The notes under the pieces were generated by a model that searched no databases, was not told the DNA's origin, and was given only the letters and a program-made list of their open reading frames with translations. A stretch of DNA of 64,000 nucleotides, taken from Eledone cirrhosa (taxonomy: Eukaryota). Each line of letters begins with the position of its first letter. The stretch's first letter is position 1. This document shows positions 27,301 through 41,012 of the stretch, one piece after another. Position numbers and translations under genes: made by a program. Location of the stretch: assembly GCA_964016885.1 (NCBI GenBank), contig OZ024750.1, forward strand, positions 44,888,001 through 44,952,000, in the 5' to 3' direction.

Positions 27301-30300
27301 ATTGGTGTTGTTGTTGGTGATGGTATTGGTGTTGTTGTTGGTGATGGTATTGGTGTTGTTGTTGGTGATGTTATTGGTGTTGTTGTTGGTGATGGTATTG
27401 GTGTTGTTGTTGGTGATGGTATTGGTGTTGTTGTTGGTGATGGTATTGATGTTGTTGTTGGTGATGGTATTGATGTTGTTGTTGGTGATGGTATTGGTGT
27501 TGTTGTTGGTGATGGTATTGGTGTTGTTGTTGGTGATGGTATTGATGTTGTTGTTGGTGATGGTATTGGTGTTGTTGTTGGTGATGGTATTGGTGTTGTT
27601 GTTGGTGATGGTATTGGTGTTGTTGTTGGTGATGGTATTGATGTTGTTGTTGGTGATGGTATTGGTGTTGTTGTTGGTGATGGTATTGGTGTTGTTGTTG
27701 GTGATGGTATTGGTGTTGTTGTTGGTGATGGTATTGGTGTTGTTGTTGGTGATGGTATTGGGGTTGTTGTTGGTGATGCTATTGGTGTTTTTGTTGGTGA
27801 TGGTATTGATGTTGTTGTTGGTGATGTTATTGGGGTTGTTGTTGGTGATGGTATTGGTGTTGTTGTTGGTGATGGTATTGGTGTTGTTGTTGGTGATGGT
27901 ATTGATGTTGTTGTTGGTGATGGTATTGGTGTTGTTGTTGGTGATGGTATTGATGTTGTTGTTGTTGATGGTATTGGGGTTGTTGTTGGTGATGGTATTG
28001 GTGTTGTTGTTGGTGATGGTATTGGGGTTGTTGTTGGTGATGGTATTGATGTTGTTGTTGGTGATGGTATTGATGTTGTTGTTGGTGATGGTATTGGTGT
28101 TGTTGTTGGTGATGGTATTGGTGTTGTTGTTGGTGATGGTATTGATGTTGTTGTTGGTGATGGTATTGGTGTTGTTGTTGGTGATGGTATTGATGTTGTT
28201 GTTGTTGATGGTATTGGGGTTGTTGTTGGTGATGGTATTGGTGTTGTTGTTGGTGATGGTATTGGTGTTGTTGTTGGTGATGGTATTGATGTTGTTGTTG
28301 GTGATGGTATTGGTGTTGTTGTTGGTGATGGTATTGGTGTTGTTGTTGGTGATGGTATTGGTGTTGTTGTTGGTGATGGTATTGGTGTTGTTGTTGGTGA
28401 TGTTATTGGGGTTGTTGTTGGTGATGCTATTGGTGTTTTTGTTGGTGATGGTATTGATGTTGTTGTTGGTGATGTTATTGGGGTTGTTGTTGGTGATGTT
28501 ATTGGGGTTGTTGTTGGTGATGGTATTGGGGTTGTTGTTGGTGATGGTATTGGTGTTGTTGCTGGTGATGCTATTGGTGTTGTTGTTGTTGATTGTATTG
28601 GGGTTGTTGTTGGTGATGGTATTGATGTTGTTGTTGGTGATGGTATTGGTGTTGTTGTTGGTGATGGTATTGGTGTTGTTGTTGTTGATTGTATTGGGGT
28701 TGTTGTTGGTGATGGTATTGATGTTGTTGTAGGTGATGGTATTGGTGTTGTTGTTGGTGATGGTATTGGTGTTGTTGTTGTTGATTGTATTGGGGTTGTT
28801 GTTGGTGATGGTATTGATGTTGTTGTTGGTGATGGTATTGATGTTGTTGGTGATGGTATTGGTGTTGTTGTTGGTGATGGTATTGATGTTGTTGGTGATG
28901 GTATTGGTGTTGTTGTTGGTGATGGTATTGATGTTGTTGTGGTAATGGTATTGGTGTTGTTGTTGGTGATGGTATTGGGGTTGTTGTTGGTGATGGTATT
29001 GGTGTTGTTGTTGGTGATGGTATTGGTGTTGTTGTTGGTGATGGTATTGGGGTTGTTGTTGGTGATGGTATTGGTGTTGTTGTGGTGATGGTATTGATGT
29101 TGTTGTGGTGATGGTATTGATGTTGTTGTGGTGATGGTATTGGTGTTGTTGTTGGTGATGGTATTGGGGTTGTTGTTGGTGATGGTATTGGTGTTGTTGT
29201 TGGTCATGGTATTGATGTTGTTGGTGATGGTATTGGGGTTGTTGTTGGTGATGGTATTGATGTTGTTGTAGGTGATGGTATTGGGGTTGTTGTTGTTGAT
29301 GGTATCGATGTTGTTGTTGGTGATGGTATTGGTGTTGTTGTTGGTGATTGTATTGATGTTGTTGTTGGTGATGTTATTGGTGTTGTTGTTGGTGATGTTA
29401 TTTGTGTTGTTGTTGGTGATGGTATTGGGGTTGTTGTTGTTGATGGTATTGATGTTGTTGTTGGCGATGGTATTGGGGTTGTTGTTGGTGATGGTATTGA
29501 TGTTGTTGTTGGTGATGGTATTGGGGTTGTTGTATGGTGATGGTATTGGTGTTGTTGTTGGTGATGGTATTGGGGTTGTTGTATGGTGATGGTATTGGTG
29601 TTGTTGTTGGTGATGGTATTGGTGTGGTTGTTGGTGATGGTATTGGTGTTGTTGTTGGTGATGGTATTGGGGTTGTTGTTGGTGATGGTATTGATGTTGT
29701 TGTTGGTGATGGTATTGGGGTTGTTGTATGGTGATGGTATTGGTGTTGTTGTTGGTGATGGTATTGGTGTGGTTGTTGGTGATGGTATTGGTGTTGTTGT
29801 TGGTGATGTTATTGGTGTTGTTGTTGGTGATGGTATTGGTGTTGTTGTATGGTGATGGTATTGGTGTTGTTGTTGGTGATGGTATTGATGTTGTTGTTGG
29901 TGATGGTATTGGTGTTGTTGTTGGTGATGGTATTGGTGTTGTTGTTGTTGATGGTATTGATGTTGTTGTTGGTGATGGTATTGGTGTTGTTGTTGGTGAT
30001 TGTATTGGGGTTGTTGTTGGTGATGGTATTGGTGTTGTTGTTGGTGATGGTATTGGGGTTGTTGTTGTTGATGGTATTGGTGTTGTTGTTGGTGATGGTA
30101 TTGGGGTTGTTGTTGGTGATGGTATTGGGGTTGTTGTTGGTGATGGTATTGATGTTGTTGTTGGTGATGGTATTGGTGTTGTTGTTGGTGATGGTATTGG
30201 TGTTGTTGTTGGTGATGGTATTGATGTTGTTGTTGGTGATGGTATTGGTGTTGTTGTTGGTGATGGTATTGGTGTTGTTGTTGGTGATGGTATTGGTGTT

Positions 30301-33300
30301 GTTGTTGGTGATGGTATTGGTGTTGTTGTTGGTGATGTTATTGGTGTTGTTGTTGGTGATGGTATTGGTGTTGTTGTTGGTGATGGTATTGGTGTTGTTG
30401 TTGGTGATGGTATTGGTGTTGTTGTTGGTGATGGTATTGGTGTTGTTGTTGGTGATGGTATTGGTGTTGTTGTTGGTGATGGTATTGGTGTTGTTGCTGG
30501 TGATGGTATTGGGGTTGTTGTTGGTGATGGTATTGGTGTTGTTGTTGGTGATGGTATTGGTGTTGTTGTTGGTGATGGTATTGGTGTTGTTGTTGGTGAT
30601 GGTATTGGTGTTGTTGTTGGTGATGGTATTGATGTTGTTGTTGGTGATGCTATTGGTGTTTTTGTTGGTGATGGTATTGGTGTTGTTGTTGGTGATGGTA
30701 TTGGGGTTGTTGTTGGTGATGGTATTGGTGTTGTTGTTGGTGATGGTATTGGTGTTGTTGTTGGTGATGGTATTGGTGTTGTTGTTGGTGATGGTATTGG
30801 TGTTGTTGTTGGTGATGGTATTGGTGTTGTTGTTGGTGATGGTATTGGTGTTGTTGCTGGTGATGGTATTGGGGTTGTTGTTGGTGATGGTATTGGTGTT
30901 GTTGTTGGTGATGGTATTGGTGTTGTTGTTGGTGATGGTATTGGTGTTGTTGTTGGTGATGGTATTGGTGTTGTTGTTGGTGATGGTATTGATGTTGTTG
31001 TTGGTGATGCTATTGGTGTTTTTGTTGGTGATGGTATTGGTGTTGTTGTTGGTGATGGTATTGGGGTTGTTGTTGGTGATGGTATTGGTGTTTTTGTTGG
31101 TGATGGTATTGGGGTTGTTGTTGGTGATGGTATTGGTGTTGTTGTTGGTGATGGTATTGGGGTTGTTGTTGGTGATGGTATTGGTGTTTTTGTTGGTGAT
31201 GGTATTGGTGTTTTTGTTGGTGATGCTATTGGTGTTTTTGTTGGTGATGGTATTGGTGTTGTTGTTGGTGATGGTATTGGGGTTGTTGTTGGTGATGGTA
31301 TTGGGGTTGTTGTTGGTGATGGTATTGGTGTTGTTGTTGGTGATGGTATTGGGGTTGTTGTTGGTGATGGTATTGGGGTTGTTGTTGGTGATGGTATTGG
31401 GGTTGTTGTTGGTGATGGTATTGGGGTTGTTGTTGGTGATGGTATTGGGGTTGTTGTTGGTGATGGTATTGGTGTTGTTGTTGGTGATGGTATTGGGGTT
31501 GTTGTTGGTGATGGTATTGGGGTTGTTGTTGGTGATGGTATTGGTGTTGTTGTTGGTGATGGTATTGATGTTGTTGTTGGTGATGGTATTGGTGTTGTTG
31601 TTGGTGATGGTATTGGTGTTGTTGTTGGTGATGGTATTGGTGTTGTTGTTGGTGATGGTATTGGTGTTGTTGTTGGTGATGTTATTGGTGTTGTTGTTGG
31701 TGATGGTATTGGTGTTGTTGTTGGTGATGGTATTGGTGTTGTTGTTGGTGATGGTATTGGTGTTGTTGTTGGTGATGGTATTGGTGTTGTTGTTGGTGAT
31801 GGTATTGGTGTTGTTGTTGGTGATGGTATTGGTGTTGTTGCTGGTGATGGTATTGGGGTTGTTGTTGGTGATGGTATTGGTGTTGTTGTTGGTGATGGTA
31901 TTGGTGTTGTTGTTGGTGATGGTATTGGTGTTGTTGTTGGTGATGGTATTGATGTTGTTGTTGGTGATGGTATTGGTGTTGTTGTTGGTGATGGTATTGG
32001 TGTTGTTGTTGGTGATGGTATTGGTGTTGTTGTTGGTGATGGTATTGGTGTTGTTGTTGGTGATGTTATTGGTGTTGTTGTTGGTGATGGTATTGGTGTT
32101 GTTGTTGGTGATGGTATTGGTGTTGTTGTTGGTGATGGTATTGGTGTTGTTGTTGGTGATGGTATTGGTGTTGTTGTTGGTGATGGTATTGGTGTTGTTG
32201 TTGGTGATGGTATTGGTGTTGTTGCTGGTGATGGTATTGGGGTTGTTGTTGGTGATGGTATTGGTGTTGTTGTTGGTGATGGTATTGGTGTTGTTGTTGG
32301 TGATGGTATTGGTGTTGTTGTTGGTGATGGTATTGGTGTTGTTGTTGGTGATGGTATTGATGTTGTTGTTGGTGATGCTATTGGTGTTTTTGTTGGTGAT
32401 GGTATTGGTGTTGTTGTTGGTGATGGTATTGGGGTTGTTGTTGGTGATGGTATTGGTGTTGTTGTTGGTGATGGTATTGGTGTTGTTGTTGGTGATGGTA
32501 TTGGTGTTGTTGTTGGTGATGGTATTGGTGTTGTTGTTGGTGATGGTATTGGTGTTGTTGTTGGTGATGGTATTGGTGTTGTTGCTGGTGATGGTATTGG
32601 GGTTGTTGTTGGTGATGGTATTGGTGTTGTTGTTGGTGATGGTATTGGTGTTGTTGTTGGTGATGGTATTGGTGTTGTTGTTGGTGATGGTATTGGTGTT
32701 GTTGTTGGTGATGGTATTGATGTTGTTGTTGGTGATGCTATTGGTGTTTTTGTTGGTGATGGTATTGGTGTTGTTGTTGGTGATGGTATTGGGGTTGTTG
32801 TTGGTGATGGTATTGGTGTTTTTGTTGGTGATGGTATTGGGGTTGTTGTTGGTGATGGTATTGGTGTTGTTGTTGGTGATGGTATTGGGGTTGTTGTTGG
32901 TGATGGTATTGGTGTTTTTGTTGGTGATGGTATTGGTGTTTTTGTTGGTGATGCTATTGGTGTTTTTGTTGGTGATGGTATTGGTGTTGTTGTTGGTGAT
33001 GGTATTGGGGTTGTTGTTGGTGATGGTATTGGGGTTGTTGTTGGTGATGGTATTGGTGTTGTTGTTGGTGATGGTATTGGGGTTGTTGTTGGTGATGGTA
33101 TTGGGGTTGTTGTTGGTGATGGTATTGGGGTTGTTGTTGGTGATGGTATTGGGGTTGTTGTTGGTGATGGTATTGGGGTTGTTGTTGGTGATGGTATTGG
33201 TGTTGTTGTTGGTGATGGTATTGGGGTTGTTGTTGGTGATGGTATTGGGGTTGTTGTTGGTGATGGTATTGGGGTTGTTGTTGGTGATGGTATTGGGGTT

Positions 33301-35997
33301 GTTGTTGGTGATGGTATTGGGGTTGTTGTTGGTGATGGTATTGGTGTTGTTGTTGGTGATGGTATTGGGGTTGTTGTTGGTGATGGTATTGGGGTTGTTG
33401 TTGGTGATGGTATTGGGGTTGTTGTTGGTGATGGTATTGGGGTTGTTGTTGGTGATGCTATTGGTGTTTTTGTTGGTGATGGTATTGGTGTTGTTGTTGG
33501 TGATGGTATTGGTGATGTTGTTGGTGATGGTATTGGGGTTGTTGTTGGTGATGGTATTGGTGTTGTTGTTGGTGATGGTATTGGTGTTGTTGTTGGTGAT
33601 GGTATTGGTGTTGTTGTTGGTGATGGTATTGGGGTTGTTGTTGGTGATGGTATTGGTGTTGTTGTTGGTGATGGTATTGGTGTTGTGGTTGGTGATGGTA
33701 TTGGTGTTGTTGTTGGTGATGGTATTTGGGTTGTTGTTGGTGATGGTATTGAGGTTGTTGTTGGTGATGGTATTGGTGTTGTTGTTGGTGATGGTATTGG
33801 TGTTGTTGTTGGTGATGCTATTGGTGTTGTTGTTGGTGATGGTACTGGTGTTGTGGGTGGTGATGGTATTGGTGTTGTTGTTGGTGATGGTATTGATGTT
33901 GTTGTTGGTGATGGTATTGGTGTTGTTGTTGGTGATGCTATTGGTGTTGTTGTTGGTGATGGTATTGGGGTTGTTGTTGGTGATGGTATTGAGGTTGTTG
34001 TTGGTGATGGTATTGGTGTTGTTGTTGGTGATGCTATTGGTGTTGTTGTTGGTGATGGTACTGGTGTTGTTGTTGGTGATGGTATTGGTGTTGTTGTTGG
34101 TGATGGTATTGGTGTTGTTGTTGTTGATGGTATTGGTGTTGTTGTTGGTGATGGTATTGGGGTTGTTGTTGGTGATGGTATTGGGGTTGTTGTTGGTGAT
34201 GGTATTGAGGTTGTTGTTGGTGATGGTATTGGTGTTGTTGTTGGTGATGGTATTGGGGTTGTTGTTGGTGATGGTATTGAGGTTGTTGTTGGTGATGGTA
34301 TTGGTGTTGTTGTTGGTGATGCTATTGGTGTTGTTGTTGGTGATGGTACTGGTGTTGTTGTTGGTGATGGTATTGGTGTTGTTGTTGGTGATGGTATTGG
34401 TGTTGTTGTTGGTGATGGTATTGGTGTTGTTGTTGGTGATGGTATTGGGGTTGTTGTTGGTGATGGTATTGGGGTTGTTGTTGGTGATGGTATTGAGGTT
34501 GTTGTTGGTGATGGTATTGGTGTTGTTGTTGGTGATGGTATTGGGGTTGTTGTTGGTGATGGTATTGGGGTTGTTGTTGGTGATGGTATTGAGGTTGTTG
34601 TTGGTGATGGTATTGGTGTTGTTGTTGGTGATGCTATTGGTGTTGTTGTTGGTGATGGTACTGGTGTTGTTGTTGGTGATGGTATTGGTGTTGTTGTTGT
34701 TGATGGTATTGGTGTTGTTGTTGGTGATGGTATTGGTGTTGTTGTTGTTGATGGTATTGGTGTTGTTGTTGGTGATGGTATTGGGGTTGTTGTTGGTGAT
34801 GGTATTGGGGTTGTTGTTGGTGATGGTATTGGGGTTGTTGTTGGTGATGGTATTGAGGTTGTTGTTGGTGATGGTATTGGTGTTGTTGTTGGTGATGGTA
34901 TTGGGGTTGTTGTTGGTGATGGTATTGGGGTTGTTGTTGGTGATGGTATTGAGGTTGTTGTTGGTGATGGTATTGGTGTTGTTGTTGGTGATGCTATTGG
35001 TGTTGTTGTTGGTGATGGTATTGGTGTTGTTGTTGGTGATGGTATTGGTGTTGTTGTTGGTGATGGTATTGGGGTTGTTGTTGGTGATGGTATTGGGGTT
35101 GTTGTTGGTGATGGTATTGAGGTTGTTGTTGGTGATGGTATTGGTGTTGTTGTTGGTGATGCTATTGGTGTTGTTGTTGGTGATGGTACTGGTGTTGTTG
35201 TTGGTGATGGTATTGGTGTTGTTGTTGGTGATGGTATTGAGGTTGTTGTTGGTGATGGTATTGGTGTTGTTGTTGGTGATGCTATTGGTGTTGTTGTTGG
35301 TGATGGTACTGGTGTTGTTGTTGGTGATGGTATTGGTGTTGTTGTTGGTGATGGTATTGGTGTTGTTGTTGTTGATGGTATTGGTGTTGTTGTTGGTGAT
35401 GGTATTGATGTTGTTGTTGGTGATGGTATTGGTGTTGTTGTTGGTGATGGTATTGGTGTTGTTGTTGTTGATGGTATTGGTGTTGTTGTTGGTGATGGTA
35501 TTGATGTTGTTGTTGGTGATGGTATTGGGGTTGTTGTTGGTGATGGTATTGGGGTTGTTGTTGGTGATGGTATTGAGGTTGTTGTTGGTGATGGTATTGG
35601 TGTTGTTGTTGGTGATGCTATTGGTGTTGTTGTTGGTGATGGTACTGGTGTTGTGGTTGGTGATGGTATTGGTGTTGTTGTTGGTGATGGTACTGGTGTT
35701 GTGGTTGGTGATGGTATTGGTGTTGTCGGTGATGGTATTGGGGTTGTTGGTGATGGTATTGGTGTTGTTGTTGGTGATGGTATTGGTGTTGTTGTTGGTG
35801 ATGGTACTGGTGTTGTGGTTGGTGATGGTATTGGTGTTGTTGGTGATGGTATTGGCGTTGTTGGTGATGGTATTATAACACTAGTTGAGGTAATCGGTTC
35901 TTTATTTTCCTCTCATTAGGAACTGACTCTCTCGATGGAATTATAGGAAGTGTTGGTGTAATTCGATTGAAGCGATCACCTTCAGTAAAAGAACAAA
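18339..35997 (-). CDS. Putative giant exon of a mucin-like, Pro/Thr/Ser-rich tandem-repeat protein (PIPSPTTT repeats)
   Basis: Polypyrimidine tract plus AG (ttgttgttttctag) at 35,999-35,998. A unique lead-in [17 protein letters not shown] grades into the repeat. The frame is open 35,912->18,339 and in phase with the listed ORF 18339..29207. Common variants are synonymous in the PIPSP frame (ACA/ACC, CCA/CCT, TCA/TCG) or whole-codon deletions. A 1-nt frameshift near 35,913 is needed to join the acceptor-proximal frame. No start codon or folded domain is visible. Confidence 0.55.
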
Positions 35998-36244
35998 CTA
36001 GAAAACAACAACAAGAAAAAGGTCAACGACAACAACAAAAAGGACAACAGCAACAACAACAATAATGAAAATAGCAACAACAACAAATGGACAAAAGCCG
36101 CTTCCATCAAATATAAACAGCACAATCTTATGTCATTTGACACCTGGCTCCCAAACAAGAATAACAGAGAAAAAGAAATGAAACCAATAACTAAATACAC
36201 AAATACATACTTGTTCCAATGCTTTACTTACGCTGGATAGATAC

Positions 36245-36343
36245 ACTACTACTACTACTTCTACTGCTGCTACTACTACCACCACTACTAGTACTACTAC
36301 TACTACTACTACTGCTACTACAACTACTACTACTACTACTACA

Positions 36344-36397
<54 letters not shown>

Positions 36398-36516
36398 GCT
36401 ACTACTACTACTACTACTACTACTACTGCTGCTACTACTACCACCACTACTAGTACTACTACTACTACTACAACTGCTACTATAACTACTACTACTACTA
36501 CAACTACTACTACTAT

Positions 36517-36580
<64 letters not shown>

Positions 36581-36770
36581 GCTGCTACTACTACTACTAC
36601 TACTACTACTGCTACTACTACTACTAATAATAATAATAATAATGATAACAACAACCACAATAATAATAATAAGATTATTAATAATAAAAATAATAAAATA
36701 ATTATTATTATTGAGAAGAAGAAGAAGAAGAAGAAGAAGAAGAAGAAGAAGAAGAAGAAGAAGAAGAAGA
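36245..36770. repeat. (TAC)n, (TAA)n and (GAA)n trinucleotide microsatellites
   Basis: Directly visible. Confidence 0.95.
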
Positions 36771-36938
36771 ACGGAAGGTGAAAGAAGAAAGTAAAATAGC
36801 TAAATATTAATAATTAATATAGGAAAATGAAACACACAGAGGAACGAAAGAGTCCACGTCAAGTGCTACAACAGGAAAAACAGCTAAAATATATATTATA
36901 AAGGCGTTGCTGTTATTATCCAGACCGAGATAAGAGTG

Positions 36939-37825
<887 letters not shown>

Positions 37826-38379
37826 AAAGGTATATATACAACTACAGATGTGGATAGAGAAAGAAACGAAGGCGGTGTAAACGGAATGTAGTAAATACTT
37901 TAGGAGTTTCTGTGAACCCAGATGTAGACTTACACCCAAGACGCACGACGCCGTGTAGTCTTTTGTAAGCTACGAGAAATTTGCCATTTAGATAATACCT
38001 ATTTAGGCAAGACTTGGTGTTATCGTTGGAGTTAATCTATGAACAAGCCGCCAAATATAGTCAGGGCAAATTTTTGTTGTTTGTGTTGCTGTTTGCTTTT
38101 TTGTTTACTTTTGCAATTTACTTTGTGTTTTTTTTTTTTTTTAGCGTATTGTTTCATCACATTCATATCGATCAAATTCATATCCATCGAGTCATTATTG
38201 GACGGGCGCCCGATAGCTTCCAGAGGTACAAACAATAAAAAAGAAAAGAAAAGAAAAGAAAAGAAACGAAAAGAAAAGAAAAGAAAAGAGAAAATGAGAA
38301 AAGCTAAGACATATATAGCTGCAATATTGTAGTGTAATGAATATATATATACTCTTTCTCTCTTTTACCTGTTTCAGCC

Positions 38380-38515
38380 ATATATATAAGCAAATATATA
38401 TACATACATATATATATATAGAGAGAGAGATATATACATATATACATATATACATATATATGTTTATTTATATATGTATGTATATATATATGTATATACC
38501 TAGATATAAGTATTT

Positions 38516-38554
<39 letters not shown>

Positions 38555-38559
38555 TATAT

Positions 38560-38634
<75 letters not shown>

Positions 38635-38673
38635 CATATAGTTATACACACTCAGACACCCACACATACACAC

Positions 38674-38739
<66 letters not shown>

Positions 38740-39063
38740 TGTATATATATATATATATGTATTGTGTGTGTGTGTGTATAATTATATCTATGTATATATA
38801 TATATGTGTGTGTGCGTGTGTATATATATATACCTATATATATGTATATATATATATGTGTGTGTGCGTGTGTGTGTGTGAATTTATGTATGTATGGATA
38901 GGTAATTGAAGGAACAATGTGAGGAAGATAAAGAAGGTGAGAGAAAGATTAACAGGGCTAGAACAGTAGGTTAAACACACTACATCTCTCTCTTTCTTTC
39001 TCTCATACCCACTTACGTATATATATACATATATAAATACATACATACATACATATAAACATA

Positions 39064-39113
<50 letters not shown>

Positions 39114-39225
39114 TACATATATATACATACATACATACATGCATATATGCATACATACATATATATATACATACATGCATTCATATATATATATGTGTAG
39201 ATATATATTGTATATATATGTATAA
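38380..39225. repeat. (TA)n/(CA)n/(TACA)n microsatellite cluster
   Basis: Directly visible. Confidence 0.9.
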
Positions 39226-39449
39226 AGAGGTAGTTAGAGATTGCGTGAGAGGAGAAGATAGGTAATTATATTCAAGCGTTCGTACGCTCGAGCTTGTGTG
39301 TTCAAACAAGATAAATGATTACACCATATATCAGGTAGAACTCTAGGAGAATTGTAAAGGAGGAATACGTCCCTAAAACACTTCATCCAACTTTTACCTT
39401 CCTATATCATTAGCCCGCACTAAAACCTTAATGTTTAGGGTTAAGCTTA

Positions 39450-39770
39450 ATGTTTAGGGTTATTTGACTCATGACATTAAGGCTATGAGTTCGATTCCCT
39501 AACCAGGTACAGCGTTGTGTGTCTTTGAGGAAGCCACTTCAAATTCCTGTTACTCCAGTACACACATTTGGAAACAAAAATAAATTGTTATGATACTACT
39601 GAATTTGCTTTTCACTGGGACAAATATCGCTGATGTGGAGAGGTGGGATTCAAATGCAAAGGTCACTGTTTATCGCAAACAAACCTTGCCCAGGCTTACA
39701 GTTGGAAAAGGAATTTTCTAGGTGCACACTGATGGTCTGTCAGGACCAAAATGAAGATCATACGTTCGTT
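39450..39770 (+). mobile_element. Degenerate tRNA-derived SINE
   Basis: B-box-like GAGTTCGATTCC near 39,487, followed by the CORE-like gtgtgtctttgaggaagccactt. It resembles the SINE head at 51,200-51,355. Confidence 0.6.
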
Positions 39771-39906
39771 AAATTAATGTTTGCTTGTCTTCCTATGAAA
39801 TTTTCTAGTTCCTGTTGCTTTCTCTACAGCCATTTTACTCCCTGTTTTCCGTTTCCTCTCAGTTTCTACATCTTTCCTAATTTTGCTTGCGTATAACAAC
39901 TTAGAA

Positions 39907-40050
39907 CAGTGGTCGCCAGCCAGTGATCCGCGAGGAAATTTTGGTCGGCCGCAGAAAAAGTTTAATGTATTTAAGTTCATATTAGTGGTCCACGGGATTT
40001 AAAATTATAAATTTAGTGGTCCGTGATGTTCGAAAGGTTGGCGACCGCTG
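39907..40050. mobile_element. hAT-type MITE (144 bp)
   Basis: TIRs CAGTGGTCGCCA / TGGCGACCGCTG. The 8-bp TSD is acttagaa / actaagaa (7/8 match). Confidence 0.85.
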
Positions 40051-40938
40051 ACTAAGAAGACCATTAAATATATCTATTTATTTATTATTAGAAACTTAAT
40101 GTACGTAATTAACTTTGTGTTCATCGAGTGCTTATAACTGATTCAACCTGTTAGGTTTCATATTTAGAATGAAGTTTATTCAAACAACCAGCAACGCGAA
40201 TCTTGGATTAAACAATTGTAAACTCTCCAATTCTTCATCTGTTGTACTATATACCATGATGGGTTCAGGTTTGATGTTCACCCTTTCGATATCGATAAAT
40301 AATGCACCAGTTCAAAGCTGCGCTCGTTTTTTCCTCTATCACACTTTCTGACACTTTTTCTATTCCTTTCAAAAATGTTGCAATATTCGACTGCAATGTG
40401 TCAGTAGAGTGTTTGGCTCAGCCATACGTCATGATTTAGCACCTACGATATCGAAGACGAAATAATATAAGGTAAAATCTTAATCTATCGTTATGCTTTA
40501 TTTGTATTCTTTTCCACTAGTTTTCACCCATGTATTTCTAAATTCCCTCCACTGACTTGCATAGTGTCTCATAATAAGGATTTATTGTTTTAATAAATTC
40601 ACACTTCGTTTATCTGTGGAACTTATGTCGTGGTTAACGATTAGGGATTTGCTATTAGAAAAAAAACACCGACGGTTAGAAATTAAGGTAAACGATCTCT
40701 GACGATTCCCTAATGAGACAGGAAACTAATCAATTTCATCCTCATCATAACGTCACTAAATATATGTCTATTAAGCTTATCGCTACCCTATATTTATTTT
40801 TAGAATTCTATTTATAATATATATATGATACATATATATATATATGTATCATATATATACGTCCCATCTTGACGTTATAGTCGCATATATGTTATAGAAT
40901 ACTATTAGCTTCTCGCTAAAACAATCTCTATACCTCTC

Positions 40939-41012
<74 letters not shown>

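Larger units (their letters stand above)
1..35872. repeat. Giant 24-bp tandem array (consensus GGTGATGGTATTGGTGTTGTTGTT), about 1,490 units, with 21-bp variants and higher-order duplications; continues beyond the window start
   Basis: Periodicity is directly visible. The + strand is almost only G/T with a few A. The unit number is estimated as length/24. Confidence 0.99.

Noticed and set aside
2-35919. Long + strand ORFs (VMVLVLLL and GDGIGVVV repeats)
   Set aside because: They are antisense shadows of the repeat. The VMVL frame is broken by TAG variants that are synonymous on the minus strand, and the unique flank fits the minus-strand frame.
36133-36660. Poly-Ser/Val ORFs with a GTAAGT near 36,230
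   Set aside because: It is a (TAC)n microsatellite with no credible acceptor.
39426-39462. TTAGGG motifs
   Set aside because: Only two copies inside a 17-bp local duplication; not a telomeric array.
40699-40735. CTGACGA...GAAAC hammerhead-like core
   Set aside because: No convincing stem I or stem II.
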